From Cirrosporium novae-zelandiae (lineage: Eukaryota): a stretch of 64,000 bases of DNA. The notes below the pieces were generated by a model. The model saw only the letters and a program-made list of their open reading frames with translations, was not told the origin of the DNA and searched no databases. This document shows, one piece after another, positions 37,673-50,567 of this stretch. The DNA is taken from positions 620,001 through 684,000 of the forward strand of contig JAPETS010000001.1 in NCBI GenBank assembly GCA_026023565.1, given 5' to 3'. Every line of letters begins with the position of its first letter. Within the stretch, counting starts at the first letter, position 1. Both the position numbers and the translations under genes were made by a program.

Positions 37673-38653
37673 TTTGAATGGGATGTTCAAATGTGAACTG
37701 AATGGAGGTAAAGATGATAATGAAGAAGATGCTAATGGCTATGAGAGTATCGATTCTTGCCTACATATATATTCATCGGACTTGCACCGGAAACTAAAAA
37801 TTATGCAATGTAAGGCAGATGAATGGAATATATGTGAAAAGGAGATATTCCAAATTCCATCAGATTAGCTTTTCTCGGCGACGAAGAAATATTGTATAGA
37901 TTCGGATCCGCCGAGGTTGAGGAGTTCAATACCGCGCTTCTTATCTAGACTTTTGCATCTATACTCCATGGTCCCAGAGCTCCTACGATTAAACGTACTC
38001 TTCATGTCTCGGACCATCGTTTGCAGTTTCCAAAAACCCGAGTAATATTTTCCATTACAAACACCGCTCCCATCAAACCCTAAAATCCTATCCTAAACTG
38101 CAGAGATCCTAGATAAATTATGGGGGAAAAGCCATTAAATAAACCTCGACTCGGCCAAAGTCGTATCATACAAGCCTGATGCATCGGCATCGTCATTTTG
38201 TTCTCCTGGAAATGGAAAGTTACACCAATATACATGAGTATATCGGCGAAAGGCTTTGGACACTGCGTATATAAAACGGGTTGGGAGGATAAATTGAACA
38301 TAATCAAGAAATCTAAAATAAACACACACTTCGCTTCATGAGAAGATAAGACATGTGAACATGATGGCCGTGACTGTATACACAAAGCATGTCACCAGCC
38401 ACATACATAAAAATAAAAGGCATTTCATGGTAAGAATAGTAATTTTTAAGATAGGTCATGATATGACACGAAACAAAGAGCGTGTCAGATATTTCATAAA
38501 ATCACATCACATCGATAGAATAGGGAGCACAAAATCGGAAAAATCACAAACTATGTGCAGTGCCATTCCGTAAGTCTGGCAGGTATATGGATGAGGATAC
38601 CCGTGGAAGAAATTCGGCATCGGTTCAAGTTGTTAGGCGAAATTTCATGAAAA

Positions 38654-41149
38654 TTAAGATGTTCCACCAGCCATGGTAACAGGTAAAACGATCTAGAAAT
38701 TTTATTAGCGATAACCTATATTTCAGGACAACAAGAAAAGGTTCCAATGCTAAGAACTTACCACAACTACGATAATACCGATCCCCAACACCGACATTAT
38801 CCTGTTAAGATTCCGCCACCACCGTGCGTTGCGATGCCGAGCTGTTTGGTGTGCTTGTATTTGAGGATAATCTGGAGCCTTTTCAAGATCAACTTCGCTG
38901 TTGTCTATGGCAGGTTCTTTGCCACGTAACGACGGGAGGGGAGGAAGAGGGAGAAAAGCGGCAATCCACCAGACTATTTGTAGGTCAGTCTATATTCCAA
39001 ATGGGTTTCAAGTTTCCTCAACATGTCTTACCTGGGGGGAAGACAAATCCTAACACAAAAAACCACACTTGCATATTGCGCAAGCTGAAAATTGCCTGCT
39101 CAGCATCTTCGTCAATCGATGGAGGCTTCCAGTAACTCAGCCTGTGACCATCCAGTTTGTCATGTGCAAGTCTTGGAGTCCATACGCGCGAAGTCGTTCT
39201 TCGGTGTGTTCCTCGCACTTCAGCAACAACTTCCGAGGGCGTTGGCTGAGCAGGTTGAGGCATCTCCGAACGTTGAATCGTTCCCTCGGAAGCTGATAGC
39301 GACTCCACAGGCAATATCGTCATAGAGTCCGGACGTTCAACAGTGGGCTCCGAAGTAGACACCGTCGAAGGAGAGACGGGTTTGCGGTGATGGGGACGAA
39401 GTCGAGGAATGAAGATGCTGAGGGGGAAATGGCTTGATGCTGGAGAACTATCTTGCTGCGATGAGCTGTTTGAACTCATAGGTCCAGATGGAGTGGTGGC
39501 CGAAGACAGAGGAGAATGGTAGGCTGGACTATCGCCGGCACGACTTTGGCCCCGACTTTGACCTCGACTCTGTCCACGACTTGGAAGTCTACCACTACTA
39601 CCTGCAAGAGATGTCATGGAAGGAGAGAAAATATCGCGGACGCCAACAGAATAGTATAATCTGCATAGGCGGTTAGTCTCGAAATAACCGGGGTATCACA
39701 TTGTACGTATTGTCCAATTCTTACATACCTCACCCATTCTGGAAGACTACTGGCTAATAAGCTTCCAGTCCGCGACCCAGGTCGGGATGATGTTTCTGAT
39801 GGGATATCGCTATCTGTATGACTACGGCGATGTGGTGTATAAGAGCGTACGCTAGTTTGATAACGAATCCCCCGTTGGTTGAGGTTGGCTAGTTCCCGCA
39901 CTTCATCATCTTCCTCCCCCTGTTCATTTGTTTCTTGTACCATCCGTATTTTCGACGCCGGTTTCCTCCCTCTACTAAAGAAACCCAAGAAATGGTTCGG
40001 TTCTGGGCTTGACGAACTGGAGGATACTTCAACCGCCATGGATGCGCCTGCCAGGGACGTCCGCTTGCTCCGATCCCCATCTGTAGCTTGTTCGGCAGAC
40101 CATTCCGATGGAACAGTTGACAGGTGTGAGCTCCATCTCTGATTGGAGGACTCGGCGTCCTCACTCATTCGCTGATTTCTTTTTGAGATTTCAATGTTTG
40201 TCTCGGCCCATGAAGGGGTATTAGATGGCCGTCTTGTCGTGATATACTGGAGAGAAGATTGGCTTGTGCTTGCACTTTGAGTTTGCGCCTGGGATGGATA
40301 GGCAGAAGCAGTGAGTTTTCTATTGCTGGAGGCGATGGAAGTTGTCGAAGGGTTGACCAGGGAATTAAGGAGCTTGTCGATTTCAAAACTGACGGGAGCT
40401 GATGCTGATCGATGCGATCTCTGCGATCTCGAGGATTCCGGCCTCGGGCTCGGGGGAAAGGATATTATATTAGATGGACTTGGGCTATCCGGTACAGAGT
40501 GTTGCTTTACAGTGTTGTCGGAGGAAGATGGTATAGATAGAGATGAAGATGAAGGGGAATAAATTTCATAGTTTTGAGGGGAGCTTGGGAGGGTAGGTGA
40601 ATTATCGGCGTTATCAGAACTTGGTTCTCCGCGTTGCACAGCAGCAGGACGTTCTGATAGGTAGGTAAGCTCTTCTGTTGAGCAACTAGATGGCGATCCT
40701 TGATCTTTAATGAAGACGTTACTACGCTCTGTAGATGGGCTGGCCGTTGTTCGAGTATGGTCCGACTTGGCTGGCGAGAATAGAGGCTGTGGAACCAAAG
40801 AGGATGACGAATCAAAGTCTCTAACAGTTTGGCTGATTGGGCTTCCTCTTCCTTTGGCTTTTTCATTTCTACTGGAGGATTGCGGGCGTTGGTAGGGTTT
40901 TTCCTTTGTCTTCAAATCTGAAACTTTATCATCCGGATCCTCAAACACCAACCCTTGCCCTTGGCTTGGCGCAAAGATATGCTCAGGTCTAGTCGGGAAA
41001 GGGGTACTAGTATATATCTGTGCATCGGGCTGGTCAATCAGGCGGAGGGTTGAATGAGTAGCGGGATAAGTGGCTTCATTCGTTTCCGAGGCAGAACGTT
41101 CATGAAGAGGTCGTCTCTTGGGAGAGCGGGAATGCTGGGGGGAAGGCAT
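38654..41149 (-). CDS. Conserved fungal Ser-rich protein with C-terminal membrane segments; introns 39661-39728, 38974-39031, 38693-38761
   Basis: RRPLHERS start, LPEWVR|LYY, QVWFFVLGFVFPP|VWWIAAFLPLP and NARWWRNLNRIM+TM. Three canonical introns give one continuous frame ending TAA at 38654. Confidence 0.82.
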
Positions 41150-42060
41150 TGTGTCGAGTCAATAGGCGCATTAATATCGTATTGCGAAAATCGTTCGAAT
41201 TGGATTGCCGTAAGAGGAATAGGATCATTAAATCGTTTTTATTATTTCGCTGGCGTAAAAGTATTGTTCGCTGGTGAATTGTCTTGAACGATTGACAAGA
41301 AATATATATGTACTGTAGTTGGAAGGACTGTGCAATTGGCGATGCCAAAAGAGTGTTTCGCTATGTAGCAATTAAAGCGGGTTTGGAATATGGCAGAATG
41401 AATGACTGAGGAAATAAGAGGGATGAGGAGGAAAAGAAGAATAAAAGTGAAGAAAGCGACGATGGTTCGGAGGAAGAATAAAGTTGGAAGAATTGAATTG
41501 GATGATGGGGATGACGGATAATGGACCGATGGTATCTTCGCCTCACAAAAAGAGCTGTGCGGTTCAGGGGAGCCGAGGGCTATTTCACACCGCTTTTGGG
41601 GGGAAAGACTTGCTATTGGATGGGTATTAGGTATGGCACTGTTGAATGCGCAGCACTTTTCTCACTTGAACTAATTATAATAAATAAATAAATAAAAAAT
41701 AGGAGATGATGGATATTATGAAGGTCAAGATAATTATGACATGGAACTTTTAGGAATTCAATTTGAATGCGCTTAAATTCAGAATATAAAGTTGGTACCG
41801 TTGGGGGGAGGGATATTTAGCAGAAAACCTGAGACGCGTCTGAGAATATGGCCAAAAGTCGAGATTGACGCGACCATTTTGATTCTTTGAAAGCCACCGG
41901 GTTCAAGAGCGTCTCCACAGTAGTTGAAAAGGCAGTATTTTAGGTTACAAGTTAGCTCGGGGATGTTGAAGCGGTTGAAAAGATTATCCAATAATATTAT
42001 AACAAATTCGAATGGATCCATGGCCAGTGCTCATCAAAAAGTAGATCAAGCCATACCGGA

Positions 42061-42206
42061 ACTACTCGAGTACCCAAGTTCAAGGGAGGTCCTAGGACCA
42101 ACAAGCCCCCGACAAGCCCCCGACAAGCCCCCGACAAGCCCTCGACAAGCCCCCAACAAGCCTAACAGTCAAACCCTCCAGGGGAGAAGCTTGGTACTCG
42201 AGTAGT
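42061..42206. mobile_element. MITE-like element: terminal inverted repeats around an internal 11-bp tandem repeat
   Basis: Left ACTACTCGAGTACC(C)AAG, right CTTGGTACTCGAGTAGT (14 bp perfect, 17 bp with one indel); interior (CCCCCGACAAG)~5. Confidence 0.5.
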
Positions 42207-42447
42207 CATTGTTCTTAGCCTTTTTCTTTCAACTCACTAACTGGTCTCTTACTTCCTTCAAAGGATCAATTGTTTAAACTACTTCATCTTTTAATCCCCA
42301 GATCCTTGTTTGACATTTATTTCTTGATCATCTTCTTTGTTTTAGCTTGGTGGATATTACAATTGATGGTACCTTGGTCTATACATAGTGCTGGCGTTTC
42401 CGAGGCAATCTGCATAAACATCTGCAGCATTTTGTATGTGAAACAAC

Positions 42448-43937
42448 ATGGCTCCAACCAGTCAGTTGTTCAATCGTATCAAAAATCTCTACTCCAAAGA
42501 TGCAGGTTAGTTGCGAATCATTCACTGACAGCTCACTACATTTGCTACACTTGTTCCTATTTCCTTTCCTGTCTCGTTCCTGTCTCGTTCCTGTCTCGTT
42601 CCTGTTCCAATTCTCCACTCTCCATATACCCCACAACATCAATTATCACTGTCACGAGAATTATCAACTAACTCATTATGAATTTAACAGATGATCTTCC
42701 TGTCATAAATATATCAACTGCCGTCATCTTATCGGTAGGCCTTTCTATCATTTAAGTATCTTAATAGCCATCTCAAAGTTACTTGGTTGAACTCGTCGTT
42801 GGTACCCAATTGCAAGTAACTCGACTGAACTATTCTAATTTCCTATGTAAATATTGTATTTGCATGTACTTTCAACTATGTTTACCTAGATGACGGTTAG
42901 AAGGGAACTGACTAAGAGACTAATATTAAATCTGGACACTGTTGACATTGGCTGATTAAACCAAAATCAAGGTTGTCTACACCCTCCTCTATGTTATCCC
43001 CTTATATTTCTCCCCAGCCACAAGACCATCACCATCACTAAGCCGCGATGCACCTTCTGTCATTCGCGCTCGAATCCGCGCAGTTACTTTCTCTTGTGTC
43101 GTCTGCGCCCTAACCTCATTCTACGCTATTATGTCATGGAACAAATCAAATGCTCGGGAGGCTTTACGGCTCCTCGGATTATGGCCAATCGCGCCAGTAG
43201 CTGTTGCCAAGATTTTATGTCTAACAGCAATCCTATTTACTGGCCCTCTTTTCGAACGAGGGGTGGTAGAAGGTGGGTGGAAAGATTGGATTAGAGGAGC
43301 TAGGGTTGCCGAGACATTGAGAAGTTGGATGGGATGGCGGAACTTCGTAGCGGTATTTCCCATCTTTTTTTTTTTTTTGCCTTGATGAGACCATCTAATA
43401 TCCCTCCAGGGCCCCATCACCGAAGAGCTCGTCTTCCGCTCCACCTTGATTTCCCTTCATCTACTAGCCAAGGTTTCTCCTGCACATATTGTCCTCTACA
43501 CTCCCCTTTACTTTGGGATTGCACACATACATCACTTCTACGAATTCACTCTTACCCATCCGCACACACCATTACTCCCCGCCCTCCTACGTTCCCTCTT
43601 TCAGTTCTCATACACCACAATCTTTGGCTGGTATGCTTCTTTCATATATTTGAGGACCGGGAGCCTATATGCCTGCATTGTTGCGCACAGTTTTTGTAAC
43701 TGGTGTGGATTTCCGAGGCTGTGGGGGAAAGTAGAGGTGGAAGCTGGAGTGCCTATTGGACCACCAGATTTAACAGGAAAGAAAGAAGATGAGGCTCTAA
43801 ACGTCCAGGTTTCAGATGGCAGATTAAGCATCTGGTGGACGGTTGCATATTACACTTTTCTATTTGCAGGAGCCATTGGGTTTAAGAAAGAGTTCTGGCT
43901 ACTTACGATGTCAAAGAGTGCATTAGCTATCTTTTGA
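42448..43937 (+). CDS. RCE1: CAAX prenyl protease 2 (Rce1); introns 42506-42690, 42735-42971, 43353-43409
   Basis: SRDAPSVIRARIRAV, WRNFVA|GPITEELVFR, FGIAHIHH, FQFSYTTIFG and HSFCNWCGFP Rce1/Abi motifs; upstream exons MAPTSQLFNRIKNLYSKDA|DDLPVINISTAVILS. Confidence 0.92.
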
Positions 43938-44835
43938 CTGGAGATAGTTGAAAACGTTGCTTAATATGGAGTTAAAGGGTCGTGTTTCTCTGTGTCCGGC
44001 GGGATATCAGGAGATGGCTAACACCAGCAATTCATTTATGGCTTAGAAATGTCATCAGCTGGCATATGAGGCTATAATCTTAATGGTAGGAGGAAACAAT
44101 TTTAATACTATTAATCAGACTATTTAGTTATTCAAACGCTTCGAACTCTTGCAAACATGCATCGAGGAACTGATGCTAGATTTACCTAAATTGACCCGTC
44201 CACAGAGCTCTTCCATTCAGGGATTTTCCTCTCCAATGTGCTCTGCACACAAACATTATAAAACCTATAACCTACACAGTTTTGTATACCTAACCACCCA
44301 CAAGCTAGGACCTGAAATGCACCTTTCGAAAGACAGGCTTTTAGCTTTTCTAGTAGGGTGCTGTCATGGTGCTCAGCTAAATTCTAAACTCCGAGACTAA
44401 AGGGGTATGAACACTAACTAATCCATCTCTCATAACTAATATTCATTAAATAAATTTACTATACGCTTATCCTATCCCAACCCTGATCACTTCTCCGTCA
44501 CCAATCACCCCCATAATAACAATACCCAAAATCATCAAAAATACTAAATACTCATCAACAAACATAACCCCCCCATCTAAAAAACAATCTCTTAACTTTT
44601 AACAGCAAAGGAACAACCAACCAAGCGATACATATCAGAAATATAGGTTGCGTACATGTACATACTTAGGGTCTACCCACCCAGTTCGAGCTCCCCAATC
44701 AATCAGCGCCAACCTTTTGAAAAGAGAATAATTCGGCAAGGGGGGTTTTAAATATCTCCTAGGAAAGAAGAAGAGCAGCATGCATGCATGGATATATTTA
44801 TTTATTTATTTACTTTACTTGAAGCTTCATCATTT

Positions 44836-44954
<119 letters not shown>

Positions 44955-46050
44955 AAGCCCACTATTTATTCGCATTGTCAATCCCACATATCTAGATGTA
45001 CAAATATCCTCGACTTCAGCGCTTCAGACCCCAAAAAACCAAAAAAAAACTATAGTCTATTCATAGAAAGAAGAAGTACAACAAACAAACCACTCCTTTC
45101 ATTTTTATAATAATAAGTCCCATCCCCCCCCCCGTACACACCTGGCATCCCTGCTCCTCCATCCCCTTCCTTCATAATCTCAAGATCCGAAATATCCCCC
45201 TCCCCTCCTCTCATCCCCTCAACCAAAACCCAATAAATCCAGAAAATAGCTTCATAATTATATCTATAGAAAGTAGCTTAGAAAAGAAAAGAAAAATGAG
45301 GTTATATATATATATCCGATATCCGATTCTCGAATCAGGGGACCTGAACACCTAACCATCCATTTTATGAAAACAACTCACTTCGCCCCCTACCTACCTA
45401 CCTACCTACCCATCCCTATCCCTATCAGCAGAGATAATTAGGTAAAGACCCAGGGATCAAAATTTAGTACATATTTTATAAACACTCCACTTACTTGCTT
45501 TTATGTGGTGGTATCGAATGCTTGCTTGCTTACTTTCCTGATTAATAACGCGCTTTTCCATACACACACATACACACAAAGGGATAGGAAAATATCAGGT
45601 AGAGAGGGAGAGAGAGATTCGGTAAAAAGGGTGGAGAACTGGAATAAACCATAGTGGTTAAGTAGCAGTAGCAGAATCGAAATAAAGCATGTATAGAAGA
45701 AGATGCAATTTTTTTTTGGTCGATCTTTGCTTGATGTATCTGGTATGAGATTAGAAAATGGGGTTGAATATTGAGTTCGTCGTCAGTTATAGTGTATGTA
45801 CGTCTATCTATATTCAAAACAAATACCTTGCATGTTCCGATAAGTTATAGTCTGACCCATTTGGCTTTGGTCCCTCAGTTAAGTGGCCTTAATTGCTTAC
45901 TGCGCGAGAGAAGGAAATTTTCGAATTGGCTTTCTCGAAAGCATTGTACTATATTGCCATTCAAAAGCATTTTCCTATAATGCTTTGTTGTTCAGAAACT
46001 AAATGAGGCTGGTTATAAGCCTCGTATCTGTAAAACCTTTCTCGATCATA

Positions 46051-46914
46051 TTATTTACATATCCAATCTGCTGTAGCATCATCCGCAATAGCTGCATGAT
46101 ACTCGTTATCATCGAACCATTTTTTCGCGTCATATGTAATCGCATAATTCGAGTAGAATTTATTCAAGGTGCAATTGAGGTATACAGTACAAAACGATGA
46201 TCAGTTTGGACCATGGCATATATCATGATGATTATCCATCGACGACGGGGGGGACTGACTTACCACTTAAAGACATGGGACCCGATGGTTGAAGTGAAAA
46301 TCGAGATGAGTACTCGCGGAAAAGAATAAGGGAACTAGGTATAGGAGTTCCTTACAAAATATATTAGCTTTTATATATGACAAGACTCGGGTATCTCCTG
46401 CGTCCTAACCTTTTGGAACACAAAGAATAAAAGGGTCTGTAGAAGGGTCTGTAGAAGGGTCTGTAGAAGGGTGACCGTTTTCAAGGTCTTCAGTATACTG
46501 GTCGAAAGATGTAAGTGCCAATTCTTGCATATTAAAAGTGTTCGGCATAAACATGGCTCCATTTGAAACTGTTTGAAGACGCATTTTAATTAATAAAAAA
46601 ATCTGAAAGAGATTGATTAAGAAGAGTGTGTGGGAGGGCAACGAACATGGAATATCTTTCGACACTCTAGGATAAATCAATCCATCTTCTTTTGACACCA
46701 GCAAACCATCATTGAAACAATCGCCGTCACCTTCCATCTGAAAAGCAAAGAGTCCAGAAGAAAGACGTTGGCGTTGGAATCGAAATAACGTTGCCGGAAA
46801 CTTGCTATGGACCGAGATAATTGAGAAGCTTTGTTGAGTTGCTTTGAGGCTGTTGCTGATTGTACGAAGGCCACCACGAGACCAAACGAATGGGCGACAA
46901 ATGCTCTTGAACAT
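46051..46914 (-). CDS. Tse2-like ADP-ribosyltransferase toxin-domain protein (~214 aa if fully spliced), possibly pseudogene; introns 46569-46646, 46351-46409, 46182-46263 (last ends TAT, not AG)
   Basis: Spliced product has FPATLFRFQ...DGLIYP...SNGAMFMPNTFNMQEL...KGTPIPSSLILFRE...FSLQP...MSL.DLN..LNKFY. I recognise this from memory as the fungal ADPRTs_Tse2 family pattern. Good context (ACAATG) at 46914. Confidence 0.65.
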
Positions 46915-49061
46915 TGTGTAAATTTCGATGATGTCGACTCTTTGTGTGGGAGAGATAGTAGTACTATGGTAAAGTGAAAAGTTTTGATTGCACTGAGTAC
47001 TATGCAATGCCTACCCAACACAACACAAGCCTTAAAATAAACCTATTAACCAATTATTATTAGGTAGATAACTTTGTGTACTTATGTATATGTACAGTAT
47101 ATGTACTATATGTTGTGTACGCGTAATAGTCTAACAAATAATAAGATGCGATACTCTACCTAGGTATTTATTATAACTCACGACTTACTTGAAAGACACA
47201 CATGGTATATATACATATATATCAACTACTAAGTCATTATTATCCATCCACCACATTATTATAACTCCCCCCCTCTCCCCCTTCTCACCCACACGCATTC
47301 ATGATACAGTACAGACGCCTCAAACATGTCCTGTCTCCTGTAGGAAACCCCACCCCACCTCCAGTTACGGACGGGGTACTTGTACACTTATTGTGGTTTT
47401 GTGGTTGTTATATTAGATTAAGATATGATAAGATAACCACCCCTCCTTTTCCCCAACATAACATTCCTAAGCCCCCACCATCCATCCATCTCACCCATGA
47501 GAATCCTTTTCAAAAACCCTATTTCATTTATTTTTATAATCATCTCGTATCATCGTCGTCCTATTATAGCAGCAGCCAAAAAAAAAAATTCGGGTAAGTA
47601 AGTTTGTTTATAACGAAGGTATCGTATTCATATTTTTTTATTGGTTAGCTAGGTACTGTACCTGGATACCTGAGATCTGTTATACCAATGTTACTATTAC
47701 TTCCTTCTTATACAGAAATACAATAGAAAAAATAATAATAATTAAACTTTATATATATATATACACTTATACCTTATGCTATTTGTTATCTGCTATGCTA
47801 TCTGTCTATCGTAGGAAAGAGGAGAAGAGAACGACGATGACGCTTAAGGTACTGTATTGTACTATTGATCGAGGGTGGTTATTCTTCCAACTCCAACTCC
47901 CAACTTTCCAACTCTCAATTCCATCACATGCGCATAATATGTAATAATAATAAGTATAGATCTATAATTTATACTTGTACTTATACATGGATAAGTACCA
48001 AGTACATCACCCGCCATTTCTATTATTGTTATTTGCCATTGTTATCCCGTTCCGTTCCGTTCGTTCCGCTGCATACGTTTACGTTTTACTTTCCCTTCTC
48101 CCTCTCTCTCAATCGCTTTTCCTTTCCTTTGCTTTGCTTTGCTTTTTTTATACTAAATACAGTACAGTAGCTATGCATAGCACAACAACATAACATAACA
48201 TAACATTAAATGCCTCAAGAATTACAATAAGATATACATCAAGCTCAAAAAAAAGCCCCCCATTATTTTTATATTTAATATCAATAGTGAATAAGCGTTA
48301 GAAATATCTAGACATAGTACTTTAACTACCTAGGTAAGTAAGACATGGTTCCAGTCCAAAACCCTTACTTAACTGTAGGTCATACTGTAAAGGCCCCCCC
48401 CCCCCACCACCCCCTCGATAATCTCCCGCGTCTCCGAAATGTGGGGTAGGGTAAGGTAGGATAGGGTACTCACGTAGTACTTGTATGACATAGAGTATGA
48501 TATAATATCTCATCGCGTTAAAAATTACTATTTGTTGCATAGGGAATCTCTACTTTACGGGACATAGAGTATAGGAATAGAATATAATTGATACTGCAGT
48601 AATCATAATACCCTCTAGACATCGTCACCTTTACATTCCCCATAGTAATCAGTCATGACATCAAACCAAGAGTTTTGCATTGGATTTTCAAAGTCTAAGT
48701 ATAGATGTAGGATTATACACCCCTAACGTCCATATCTATCAAAATGGTATCTACCGTGGGGATACGTGTAATGGTCACACTGAACTGCGCCATAACCATG
48801 CTTGTCCAAGCCCAAGGATCAAGAAAAAAACACCAAACAATCATTCCCGTCGAGCGAACGACTGAAATCTCTTAGAAACGCCTTCTTCCCTGATGAATGC
48901 ACCAATGCAGTTCAATCAATCAACCCACATATGCGCTCGCCCACTGGTTCTCCCATTAAATGCTTACTCAAACAGAATCGAATAAAATGGGTTACATCGG
49001 CCGTCACAATCGTCGTCAAAGCTAAAAATGAAAGAGGGTATCAACAAAACGACAGTGTAGT

Positions 49062-50567
49062 TCACGAAAAGATCAACGCAGCACCTGCGCCTAATGCAAC
49101 AACGATGGCCATGAAACTGCCCATAATTTGACCACTTACAGCACCACTCTCGCTGGAGCTGCTGATGATGCTGGTAATGGTCGCGTCGACGCTTCCACCA
49201 GAAGCAGTTGCCGTGACAGCATTTGCAACGGTTGAAGCGCCTGGAACGCTATCCTTGGTTATTTCCTTGACATTATTGGTCGTGCTGTTGAAATTTGTCT
49301 GTGCAAGCGAGATCTCATCGTTCTCAATATCATAAACTACATATGCAGACCGGAGGAAGGTATCGCCTAGGACAGCCGTAGAAGAGCCAGCTGGAGCTAT
49401 CCCAAATAAACAGGCATCCTCACCACTATCAAAGGTGAGTCGTTCTCCAGAGATAGAGGTGCCGGCGTCAAGCACAAGTTCATTCATCGCAACGGATATA
49501 GTAGGCTCCGTGAAGGTGAAGTCGATCGTCGCATTGTTCTCTGCTAGGCTGCAGAGCACGTAAGCAGCGCCTACGGAGGACGAGTATTCAGCGGAGACGG
49601 CATCAAAAATTTCCTCGGTAATAGCATCAGGGAGATATGTCAGAGAGGTGCCAGAGTCAAGGAGGACGTTGATGGCAGCATCAGATGTCAGATTTTGGGT
49701 GGTACCATTTGAACTTAGGGTGATCCCGGTGAGCGTTATGAGGAACTCGATGTACTGGTTGCTTTCCTTGTTTATAGGAAGGGTCGCGAGTTCACCGTGG
49801 TATTTTCCGGTATTAACTCCACCAAAAAGAATTGAACCCTGGCTGGCATCAAGGTCATTGAGCCATAGGCTGTAGGCATTGGAATTGATTAGGCCTTTGT
49901 TGACCATAAGTTGAGGAAGGTTTGCATAAGCATCTTTCCCATTGGTGTTCACTTGGACTTCGAGAGCTGGATACCCAACACCGAGCACACCCTCTGCAAC
50001 TCATTGTTAGTATTGTCTCGTTGCCCTTTTCATTACTTAAAGTCAAGTGAGCATACCTGATGAAGTAGATGTATAACCGACACCAAATTGTGCGCCGGTG
50101 AGTGCTTGTCCACCAATACGTACAGTATCTTTTACATAATCTCCCGCGGCCCCAGAACCATCAACATAACTGATGTTGAAATCACTGGAAACAAAATCAT
50201 AAGTCGACGAATCATTTGCGCTATATGTCCCTGAGCTTGAACATGGATTCGTTCTCGATTCACATAGGGTTGAGTTGGCGGCATTTGTCCATAGATCGCT
50301 ACTTCCCGTATCGATATGCAACCTCAAGCTTTGCGCCGGTGTGCCAATAGTGATGTTTGCATAATACAAAGTCTCTTCATTGTCCAATGTCTCTGAAATG
50401 GTATCCCTCTTGCGTCGACGTTGATCTCTGGCGAGGGGATTGCTGATAGGTTTTCTCTCTATATCCAGACCAACCACGGCGGGATTATCCCGCTGTCTTA
50501 GGTGTATTGCTTGTGAGCTGGCAACAAGCACAGCTCCGGTCGCCAATATTAATAACCTATTCTTCAT
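49062..50567 (-). CDS. Yapsin/OpsB-type aspartic endopeptidase (A1), probably GPI-anchored; intron 49994-50056
   Basis: Signal peptide MKNRLLILATGAVLVASSQA, RRRKR propeptide site, catalytic DTGSSDLW and LDSGTSLTY, LGDTFLRSAY, Ser/Thr-rich region and hydrophobic C-terminus. Confidence 0.93.

Noticed and set aside
44020..44066. Hairpin in the RCE1 3' region with CTGATGA on the minus strand (hammerhead/SECIS-like)
   Set aside because: GAAA core absent (GAAT); wrong strand for a SECIS, and selenocysteine machinery is not expected in ascomycetes.
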